Shown here piece by piece: positions 34,901-46,900 of a DNA stretch of 64,000 bases (positions are counted from its first letter, which is position 1; every line of letters starts with the position of its first letter). The stretch lies in the NCBI GenBank assembly GCA_964188305.1, contig OZ076897.1, one strand, 5' to 3'. The notes beneath the pieces are model-generated. The model saw only the letters and a program-made list of their open reading frames with translations, did not search any database and was not told the origin of the DNA. The position numbers were made by a program, and so were the translations under genes. Origin of the DNA: Podarcis bocagei. Lineage: Eukaryota.

Positions 34901-37900
34901 CAGATTACATCTGCTATGAAAGCTGATGCCAGTAAGAAACTGCTAAAAAAGAAGAAGGCAAGTCAAAACACCTTGTTCCTGATTCTTCTATATTATTGAT
35001 TTTTTGTACAATTTGTACCCTGCTTTTTATATCAAACAAACTCAAGGCAGCTTAAATTACAGAAATGCTAAATAAACACATACATTTAAAACACTAACGA
35101 CAGTAAATGTAATATGATTTAAAAGCATTGGTAAAACAAAAGTCAATTAAGAGGAAATAACTTTAAATGCCCATAGTGCCTGTCTTCAGTGCCCATCTAG
35201 AAGTGGACAACTTAGCAACTAAGGAGCCAGACATCCCTGTCAAGGGGAGCTGTTCCAAATTTTGGGCACTACAACCAACAACACCCTATGTCTCACGTTG
35301 GTCCATTCACACATTGGCTAAAGGGGACACAGAGAAAAGGTCTTGAAGACTGAATTAAGTGACTTGGACAGGTTCATAGGGCTTGATAAAGCCCTAAATG
35401 GCCTGGTATCAGGGTATAAAGATCAAACCAGAACTTTGCCAATCTGTTTCTGGAATCCATTCAATCGCTGAAGCTGTTAGATGATTAACATAAAATGATC
35501 CGGCCTGGTTACCTCAGGCAAAACACGGGCAGCTGCCTTGTCCAATTGAAGTTTGCAGACTTCAAGGGCAGCCCTGTGGAATGTGCACTACAGTAATCCA
35601 ACCTGGAAGTGTCTGGACTGAGTGTGAATGACTAAGGGTTCCCCCCACCCCCCAGATTGAGAGCCTCATTCTCATCTGGGCAACCTTTGGGAGGGCATAG
35701 GCAAAAGTGAGAGAAACAACAATAGGCTAGTTTTTACACACACACACACACCTCCATCTGGGCAACCAAGATGCATTATCAGGTTGAAGGACCTTCCAGC
35801 CAGGCAGAAATGTTCAGAGAGAGTAAGACTGGTGAAGGTTGTGACCTGGGGGGGGGGGGAGTCCTAAGGACCAGATAGAGAGCCCTGCAGGAATTGAAGT
35901 TCCTAGAAGCACTCTGAAATATTGTATCAGCTCAGCAAACATTATTACACCCAGCCATTACATTGACCTAATTAGTTTGGTTAAATTTCCAGGGAGAACT
36001 GGATACTCTAGCAATAAAACTGGAATTTGATGAAGAGTTTGGTGGCATACCAGTCGAAGGTGCTGGTGAAGATTCGCTGAATACCTCTGTCCCAGTGGCT
36101 AGCCCCGTGGCCAGCCCCGTGGCCAAAACACCTAAGCCCAAGAGAGAGAAGAAGGAACCCGGTAAGTAAACAGAGAGTGACTTTGGATGTCACAAAGAAG
36201 CATCGCTAGCTGAATTCATGTATATCAGAAGGAAAGCTCATGTGGATAAATTGAGTGGGGTCTAGATTCACAGTGCCTTGTTCCAAGAAGCACCATCAGC
36301 CAAATACTCAGTGTGCAGAAGTGCTCTGTAATGCCCGAAGCAATAGCACATAGATATGCTGCAGATATAGATATAGACATATATATATGACTGTTTTTTT
36401 TAAAAAAGGAACTACACATCTCGGTGTGCACTACTTTCTGGATACCCAGAGTTTTCCTCTCTTCATGGCTGCCAAAGACTTTGGGTATAAGAAGCAGCTC
36501 TGTATTTTGGCAGTTCTCTGAAAGAACTTGAACAAGCACATGGTTTAGATTGGTTGGAACTATGTGCTCAAGTCAAAGGGACCCATGTTAAGTGGCCTCC
36601 ATGGTTCTCAGGGAAGCATTGATACTGATTAGTGTGGCTTATTTGTTGCCCTGCCTTTTGGTTAATAGACTCAGGAAAGGTGTGAATTGGCCAGGTGTTT
36701 TGCCAAATGCAATAGTTATTTTGGATTCAGTGAAGAGCAGAGGGGACAAGTAGATACCTTAGTATTTTATATGACATGATTTTCAAAACTGGCATCCCCA
36801 CCTGCATCTTGTATTTGGAGTGCTTAATGAGGTAATGTGTTTCAACATAATTAACCTGGAAATGAAAATTCTTTAATGCGGGTTATTTAAAAAACTGTGT
36901 AGGGAGTACGTATAATAAAAGATTCTTTACTGTTCTGAGAATTAAATTTTATTCTAGGCCCTAGGGTGAGAAGAACACCGTCTTCCGCCCCAAAGTCCAG
37001 TGCGAAGAAAGTGAAGAAACGGAACCCGTGGTCAGATGATGAATCTAAATCTGAAAGTGACTTGGAGGAAAACGAACCTGTGATTATTCCAAGAGACTCA
37101 TTACTTAGAAGAGCCGCAGGTAATAATGGAAATGTGTTTTTCAGTTTATGTGCAGAATGCAATGAGAGCCTTCTAGAGCTATTTAGCTAAAGGGGGGGGG
37201 CACTGCTCCTTTCAAGGGATACTTGTCCACTGTACCTGCTTGTGTGCACAGGGTTTCCACTGAATATACCTTAATAAAGGCTCACCATAATTTTCTTCTT
37301 GAAATGTACGGTATTGCACAACAGATGATTCTGTTTGGGCATCATGCAAACCGTGGGGTATGAGCCGCAGCCTTAGGTTTGACTCTCCTCCCTCTCAAAA
37401 GCCAGCTTCATGAACCATGGTTTCAAACAAACCACAGCTAAAATCAACCACAGTTTATTGGGTGGTTGACAGAAGTAAAAGCTCCCAAATTCATCTTCGC
37501 AGCTTATGCTCCAGGAGAAAAGTGTGCAAGCCTCAAGCTTGCTGTGGTGTATTATTTCTATGATTACCTGTGGTTTATCACAACATCAAAGTGTACCTTA
37601 TATTTTGCATAGCTTTGGTCTCAGGATACAAACTACGGACTTTTAGAAACAGATGTTTAAATGTAGGTGACCCACTGAATGATTAATTGGAGAAAATTAG
37701 CTGGGGAATTCAAGCCAAACATGCAGAAACAAGTTTTTTCCCCCTGGGAAACATGCTTTCACTGGCAGGATTAAGAGAAAATAGGTGTGATGCAAGCTGG
37801 TTAAAACCTCAATGCCAAGGACCAAAGCGAATATCACTTATCCCATAGAGACAATTATTTTTGATAATAAATGCTCAGTGGGCAAGATACTGACACTTCC

Positions 37901-40900
37901 TCATCCTGGTACTTGGCAAGGCTATGATTTTGAGTGAATCTTATTACCTCCCTAGTTATAAGTGTGGACACACATATATGTATATACAGAATCCCTAATT
38001 TTATTTATATGCTGCCATAGTTAAAATGATGCTTAAGGCGGCTTACAACATGAGAAAAATACATAATTCAAAGCATAACAAAGCATAACAAAAGTGGTCA
38101 TAAACAATAAATAAAACATCAAAAAGCACACAAACAAATTGAACAATTTCCACATAAATCATAAGATCTAAAATGAAGATGCAAAAAATATAAATAACAG
38201 CAACAAACCACCCCCACCTCTGCAACACCCCAGTCTAAGAGTCTGTTCAGCAGCAACTTGCTTTTGTAGGTGGAGTCAGCCGCACCCTCCCAGCCAGGTG
38301 GGAAAATGCCTGCAAGGCAGGGAGCAGGTCTTCCAGGACTCACAGCCAATGCAGGGTGTGAGTGTGTGTGTGCTCTTAAGCTTGATTTTCAAGATGGCTT
38401 ACAATTTGATTAAATTGCAGAAGCAACTCACTCAGAAAAGTGTCAAAACCCAAAAGAAAGCAAGAGCAGAAAACAAAACAGTCATCAACCGCATTAAATT
38501 ACATTTAAAACCACTAACGGAAAATTTACTCATGGGATTCAAAACCCCACCAAAAGCCTTTATAGATTACAGTGGTTTTAACCAGTGTCTAAAAACAGAA
38601 GTGGTTTTTCAGGGGGCCATTATGGAGGTGCTTTCTTGCCACCAGGTGCANNNNNNNNNNNNNNNNNNNNNNNNNNNNNNNNNNNNNNNNNNNNNNNNNN
38701 NNNNNNNNNNNNNNNNNNNNNNNNNNNNNNNNNNNNNNNNNNNNNNNNNNNNNNNNNNNNNNNNNNNNNNNNNNNNNNNNNNNNNNNNNNNNNNNNNNNN
38801 NNNNNNNNNNNNNNNNNNGCTGGGTGGCTTCCAACAAAGATTAAAAATACATTAAAACACCGGTCATTAAAAACTTCCCTAAACAGGGCTGCCTTCAGCA
38901 CAAAACTACTTATTGTTTGTCTGAGTTTTATTTTTCTTCACATGTGTTTTGGTGCCCTGGGCAGAAAATGCCTAGCTCACCGTGGCGACTAGCAAAACCC
39001 GTTTTAAAGAGGCAAATCACATTTTATTAACCCAAATATCAAGCTTATTGAAGGTGGAAGTGATTTGACCATTAATCAAGTAGGGAGTGGTCTCTGTCCC
39101 TTTATTGTAAATAGGCCTAGACGGAAACCTGATTGGATAGTCAGAAAATCATCTCACTGGCAATTGGCCAGCAGTTAAAGCACACCATTGGTTTAGAGCG
39201 CTGTCCAGAGCAGTTGAAGCAACACCCAGCTAGATCAATTAACCCAAAGGAATAAAGAAGACAAATAAGCCAATGCTAGGAAAGGAAGCACCAGAAACAG
39301 AAGTAATGCACCACCCTCAAGCCCTCGACCCCTTACAGTCCTTTGCAAACTGATGCAACAATTATGAAATATTACTATTTCATTTTATATACCGCCATTT
39401 ATCAAAAGATCTCAGGGTGTTGTACATTAGAAACACATTACAAAACATCCATGATAAAAACAGTAAAAAGCATATTGACGGATGGCCTAATAGTAAAATA
39501 ATAATAATAACAGTTCCGTCCCCTCCCCCCTTTCACAGGCCATAGATTATTTAATAGGTCTTGGTAAAGAGGAATGTTTTTGTCTGGTGTCTGAAGACAT
39601 GTGGTGATGGCGCCAGGGGAACCTCTCTGGGGAGACCATTTCCCAATCTGGGAGCATAGAGAAGGGCCTCAGATGACAAGCGCAGGGTCTGGGTCAGTTT
39701 GTATGGGGAGAGACGGTCCTTTTTGTCAAGATGGATGACACAGTTCCATCAAGGAATGTTTGCTTAGTTTTGTATGTGCGTTTACCAGAGAGCTTTCTGG
39801 TAGCTTTCCTTTAGAGGAGATTGCAGTGTAGTTCATTTCTTTGTTGTTTACAGATCATTAGTGTCTCCCCATGGATGGGCTGCTAGTCTTTATCCCTTAT
39901 GGGAAAAGTTACTTGTTCATCTTTCTCTAAGCTGCCATACCCTCCACGTTTGTCATTTTCTTAAGGTATGCACGGTATCTTGCATCATACACTTTAGGGT
40001 TGACATTTCCTAGAATGTGCAATGTAGAAATTAACAAATAAATATTGATGCCATTATCTGTCTTCACAGCTGAAAGGCCAAAGTACACCTTTGATTTCTC
40101 AGAAGAGGAAGATGATGGTGAGGGTGAGGGTGACGAAGATGCTAACAATAATAATGATCTAGATGAACTGAAAATAAAAACATCTCCCATCATCAATGAC
40201 AGAGAAGATGAATTTGAGCCCTCGGATGGTCTAGAAAAGGATGAATATGACTTCTCCCCAGTCAAATCGAAACCTTCTCCAGAGTAAGTTCAGTAACTTC
40301 AAGAAAGTGTGTCTGACAAATATGCGAGAACAAATCTACCTGTTTGAAGAAGTGGCCAGTCCTCCCTGGTGTGTTTACCTTAGCCTTATTGTTCTTTAAA
40401 ATGTGAAGATACATGCCATTGAGGCACTCTTTGATAAAAATCCTTAGACCAGGCACAAACCATCTAGGTGCTGTTCAGATGTTCTAGTCTACAACCTCCA
40501 TCAACCCCACTCACCATGGCCAGTGATCACAGATTATGGGAGTTGTAGTCCACAACATGTGGATGGCCCACTTTGCCTTAAAAATTTGGATTCTCATCTG
40601 TACCTATTAATATGAGTTTTCTGTGGAATAGCCCAGTATTGCATTATTAATACCCAACAGCCAACTACTGTGGCTTGTCAGGTGCTTGACAACTCCTGTC
40701 CCCATTTAGGCATGTCTTAAAAAAGGTGTGCCTTGGATTTGGATGAATCCCAAATGCCATCTCTCTCATGGCTGCAATTTTCAGGCCAGCTGCCCCCCAA
40801 ATGGTAGGAGAGATTAAGTGATTCACGCCCCAGAACTGTTACCATTGCTCTTGAGAAAAAACAACAACTGTAGCTATCCTATCTTGCTAATTTTAGCAAG

Positions 40901-43900
40901 ATTCAAGCCATCAGAAAGAGAGAAACCTTGCCTGCAAATTTAATATAATTCTGGCCAAAAATAAAAAAGGATTCTTTATTTGGTTGTAATGATGGGGGAA
41001 CGGGAAGAGAGAGAGAGAGAATATTCAGGTGTGTACAGCACCCAAGTCTTTGGATCTAGTTTGGTTTTCCCATTACTGAATGGGGTGGGCAGGGGTTGGG
41101 TAACTTCAGGCCCCAAGCTGAATCAGACAGCGCTTATGAATTGGCGCAAGTCAAGTTGGACTCTTTATGAAGTGGTGAATCAGGGTCCATGATTGGTGAC
41201 CTGCCTTGGGCTTATGTGTTTGCAAATTGTGAAGAGCTTCTGCCCTTGTGAAAGTAACTAATGGTTTCAAGTGCATGGTGCAGCAGATACTTAAGTTTTC
41301 ATTTTTACAACAGGAAGGTTTCCCCAGAGAAGACCAATCAAGACTTCGGCAACCTCTTCACCTTTCCTTCTTATTCCCGGAAAGCCAATATTGGTAGGTA
41401 TATATGTATGTATGTTAATATAGTATTTCTGATATATCTACGAAGATAGCAATGTGCTTGGAATATATGAATTCCTTAGATCTGCCTCAAATTGCATACC
41501 TCAAGGAGCGATCATTTTCCAGTCAGGCAGTCAGCCGACAAGATTTCAAAACTTTGAATTGTACGAGCATGAAGGAAGCAAAAGATGTTTAGTATGCAAT
41601 GTGCTAGTCTTGTTCCCAAAAAGCTTAGAAGCTGTCTGAAAAAGCTCTGCCACTGTGCTCATGCCAGATGCCAACCCCCTCACAGAACCCATGTCCCGGA
41701 AAATGGTAGGTCTGCCCTGTTGCGGTCCATCTCTGAGATGTGACAAGCTGTAAAAGGGTTGCTAGATTATAAGAAGACCAGGACAGTGGTGTATGAAGTA
41801 CACAATGCTTCAGCTTGTTCTGTGAACCGCCCTGAAACCTCTGGGATATTGGGTGGTATATAAATTCAATAAATAATAATAATAAATAACTTGCACTGGT
41901 TTCTCAAGGGGTGGGCAAATCGGTGTGCAATCTAGTGCTGAGCAAGCCAACCACTTCTCCCCATTAAGTACCCACCCATTATCTGCCACTGTGGGGGTCA
42001 GGAAGGAGTCACCCGTACAAAGGCACAAACTGTGTCATCTTAGAATTAAGTGAATGCTGGTAAGCTTGAATGGGAGGTAGCATATTTCAAACATTAAGAT
42101 CTTATGTGTGTGGGGGGGGGGTAAAGTTTAATTTTAATGTGAGGAAGTAGAAAGCGTTCCTATATTTAGCCTAACTGTGAAAAGGGTGATGACACGACAT
42201 GTTAAAACCTTTTATTTAGATACATCCAAGTTTGACAGTGATGACGAAGATTCAACACCAGTCTTCTCCTCCTCTTTTACTCAGAAACAGACAGAGAAAT
42301 CTCCAAGTAAAGTGGTAGTTGCTAAAAAAGGCAAGTATTTGGATTTGCTGGTTAGCTTGCTCATTTGAAATATGCTCTATTGTGTTGCAGCAAAAGAAGT
42401 AGTAGCATTAACTAGAGCCAAATTAATATCATGTCAACCCATGACCTGAATACTACAGTCATACCTTGGGTTGAAGTAGCTTCGGGATAAGTATTTTCGG
42501 GTTGTGCGCTGCGGTGACCCGGAAGTAACGGACCGTGTTACTTCCAGGTTTCGCCGCTCGCACATGTGCAGATGGTAAAAATGACAGCACGCACATGCAT
42601 GGAAGCGGCAAATCATGACACACGCGGATGCGGGTTGTGTTTGATTCTGGATGTGAATGGGGCTCCGGAACGATCCCGTTCGCATCCAGAGGTACCACTG
42701 TATTCTTTAAGCATTAGTGCCAAAGCCTTTTAGTTCCATAATCCACCTCTAAATATATATTCTTTTTGGAGGGATACCTTTGGTCCACTTAGCTTCAAAC
42801 TGTCTACCCTGACTGGTAATGGCTGTCTACTGTCTCAAGCCGAGGGTCTTCCCCTGTTTTGCTACCCTTCAGACTGCAGGTGGCAGAGACTAAATAGACA
42901 GGGGTCAGCAAACTTTTTCAGCAGGGGCCAGTCCACTGTCTCTCAGACCTTGTGGGGGACCGGACTATATTTTGAAGGGAAAAAATGAACCAATTCCTAT
43001 GCCCCACAAATAACCCAGACATACATTTGAAATAAAAGGATGCATTCTACTCATGTAAAAACACGCTGATTACCGGACCGTCCGTGGGCCGAATTTAGAA
43101 GGCCAGATCTGGCCCCCGGGCCTTAGTTTGCCTATCAATGGAATAGGATTTTCTGGCTGCCAAGTCCTTTAATGTTCATAGTATTATTAATTAAATTTGT
43201 TAATACTTTTTTTAGTAGACAGCTAAGAAAACACATACCTTTCAGTCTGGGAAAAAAAATCACCAAGGTATTTAAAACTGCTTAGTAGAGATATCCATGA
43301 TTTCACTTCTTTGGATATAGCAAGTTTTTCTTCTTACTTCCTTTCTGGAGAATGAGTGAAATGCAGTTCCAGCATGAAAGGATAACTGTCTGCTAGCTAC
43401 ATTTATGGACTATGAACCTTCACCCTATGAAAGTACAGCAGTTGCACGTGGAAAGAGTCACATATATTGCCTCCGCAAAGCCCTGCTTCACTGTTACCTT
43501 CTCCCACTTCAGTCTAAACTAAGATTATGGGAAACTGAAAGACTGAAGCAAGATATGGGAGTCAGACGCCCACTGCCTATTCTATGTAATCTTTGCCTGT
43601 GCTAAGAGGAAGAGAAAGACGATCAAGGAGAAACTTGTCTACATATTTTCTTGTTGTTGTTGTTAATATTAGCACAATTCTTCCGTAGTGCCCTAATATT
43701 TTTTTAAAAAGATAAAACCATAGTATCACAGAGGGGTAATGCTAATCATCACAAAATACACAACAAAACCCCAGGCACTCAAATTAACGTATAACGTACA
43801 TTATAATGTATATGACTAAAAGGATAGTCTATATTACCAGAAGGGTATTGCATCCCATTTCTGAATTTCACTAATATTTCCTATAATAAATCAAGCATAC

Positions 43901-46900
43901 CTACATCTGTTTTCCAAAATTCATCTACATATGAGTTGTGTAAAAAAAAAAATCTAATCTGGAATTTAGTTTTCAACACACAATATAACACTTCAAGAAG
44001 CACTGCAATTACTCTTCTGTATATATTAAAATCAGGAGCAGAAAATACTGATGTACAGTCAATTGCTAATAGGGGCAGAGTTATATGTTGCTCAGATTTG
44101 GAAAGAACAGTTGCAGAAGATATGGGACTGAACTGACGTTATCAGGAAAGAATATCAAATGATCATCAAGACAGATCCATAAAAAGATGGGCATTTTTAT
44201 TAACTTTTGGAATATTCCAGATAACATAGTCCTGTGTAATTCTTTCCCACCCACATGATTTTGCATCCCATCTTCTTAAACAAAGTCGGATTTCTAATCC
44301 TTTCCTCCTTGTCGAACAATGCAAGTAAGTTTGTGGGTGGCTGGGACTGCAATGAACACAAAGGGTATCTGAACCCACACATGCAGAAAATCACAAGTCA
44401 TTCTTGAGCCTTTAAAAGTGAAAAAGAAAGCGTAGGGAAGAAACAGAGCATTTCTATGTAGAGGCTCTGCGTACTTGTAGGGAGAATCTGTTGTACTCAT
44501 GGTAATGTAGTATTTCTTAATATAATTAGCAGCAAAACTGCCGGCGGATGTGCCCTCTAAACCGAAAAGACCTCCTAAGCCCAAGAAGATGGAAATAATA
44601 AACTCTGATTCAGAACCTGAATTTGGCATCCCAAAGAAGGCTGCAACTCCCAAAGGTAACAGTTTGGACGTTGCCAATTTTCACTTGATGCAGCAATGCG
44701 AGTGTAGGGAAGAACAATTCTTTTTTTCTTCATCTCGGAATGAAGATCGTTTAATTGGAATGAAGCAGGGGTGGAGTGCAAATCAGCTGCTGCGCTTCTT
44801 TCCCGTTTTGGCTGTTAATACGTGAAAGGGAAACTGACCTTTTAGCAAGATGTACATTATCTGGCTGTGGATGCAGGTCACACATACGTATCATGCCCTT
44901 GTGGAGGCTTGCATTTCTTCTTCACACTGGCAGTGAAAAGAGAGGATGCACGAAGCTGCTTTGAGGATGGGACGGAATATACTCAGGGTGTGGAATCAGA
45001 TTCAGGGCTTATGATAGCCTAGCTGGAGAGTCACATTCACACAAACTGTTATGTAGTATCACAAACTCGTAAAGGTAAAGGGACCCCTGACCATTAAGTC
45101 CAGTCGTGGCCAACTCTGGGGTTGTGGCGCTCATCTTGCTTTATTGGCCGAGGGAGCCGGCATACAGCTTCCGGGTCATGTGGCCAGCATGACTAAGCTG
45201 CTTCTGGCAAACCAGAGCAGCGCACGGAAACGCCGTTTACTTTCCTGCCGGAGCGGTACCTATTTATCTACTTGCACTTTGACATGCTTTCGAACTGCTA
45301 GGTTGGCAGGAGCAGGGACCGAGCAACGGGCGCTCACCCCGTTGCGGGGATTCAAACCGCCGACCTTCCAATCGGCAAGCCCAAGAGGCTCAGTGGTTTA
45401 ACCCACAGCGCCACCCACCTCCCAGATCTTAAATCTTGTGCTCAACTGTTGTCGCCGAGAGAACAAAAATACACTTTAAAGAGAAAGTATTTTTTAAAAT
45501 GGAAGAGTTTGTGAACTGCAAGGCACACTGTGCTGTTACTATTAACTTTATAGTGGACACAATGCCTTTCTTTCTGTGAATGCAGCTGTGGCCGTAGCCC
45601 TTACTGAGCATGAAAGCCCATGAAGTTATGCTAAAGCTAGAGTGAGGAACCTTTGTTTCCAGATGTTGCTGAACTACAACTCCCATCAGACCTAGCAAAC
45701 ATGGATAGCGGCTAGGGATGATGGGTGTTGTAGTTCACCAACATCTGGCACCTGAAAGGTTCCCAACTCTTGTGCTAAGGGGTGAATTGTAATAATTAAA
45801 TCAGTCCACAAATGGTGAATAAACATTTAACAATGGCAAGTGTTTTTTGATGAAAAGGTAGCATGTCCTGGCTCTTACAATAGTAATTGTAATTTTAATC
45901 AGTCAGCAAAAAGAAAGGGAAGTTTCATGTAACTATTGGTTGTCTTAGCAATCAAAGGATTACTTCTTCCGCAGTTCTTTAGTCCCAAAAATGAGACTCC
46001 TGTGAAATGAAATAGAATTTGAGTTCCATAATTAATGTCTTGTTTGATGATGATAGAAGATACTGAGCTGCTAAATTGGTAGCATTAGCTTTCATTTTGC
46101 ACTAGTACAAAGGTCTGGGTTGTGGAAATTTGGGTCTGACGTTTCTGGAAGAGGCAAAAGAATGTGCTGCATTTCTTTTGATGCTCGGGTATGGGGCATG
46201 TATTGGGAAGTTTTTTTAAATACCTTTATTATTATAGAGAAATTTCAGTTCTAATGTGTTTTATTAATACACATAAACAAATTCCTGTAGAGAATCATAG
46301 GTCAAAAATTTTTGTTTGATTCAATCTATTCTACTAAAACTGTCAAATAACTTTGAGATAATCCAGTTTGCTATTCTGAAACATATAAATAACTTATGCA
46401 TATATATTTTCTTTAATATTTTAGTAGGAAAAGGCAGAGGAGCAAAGAAAAGGAAAGCATCTGGTTCTGAAAATGAAGGTGAATATAACCCAGGGAAGAA
46501 AACACCCAAGTCTACGCCAAGCAAGGTAAATTCAGCACCTACAAGTTATTCTGACTTGTATTATTTCTATTCCAACAACCTAAACATTCTCTTCCTGGAG
46601 AATACAATAGTCAGTTTGAAGGTCAATAATAATAATTTAAAATTTCTGCCGGCAAACACCAACACATGAATACAAAACATTTAAAAACAATTACAAACCC
46701 TAACAGCTAATAACCTTAAGGTTTCCAGGGACAGTATCTTTCAGCCATCAAATTCCTGAGTCAACAGGAATGTTTAAAGTTCTTCCTAAACATTACTAAA
46801 GAGAAAGACAGATGCAGGGAGGGCAATTCCACAAATGGGGAACTATCACTGAGAACACCCTTTCATGGATCAGTGCCGACATTGTCACCCTCAACAGGGT

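Noticed and set aside
38298-38992. ORFs of 82-185 aa
   Set aside because: Their length comes from reading through the N gap, and the flanks are L2 relics.
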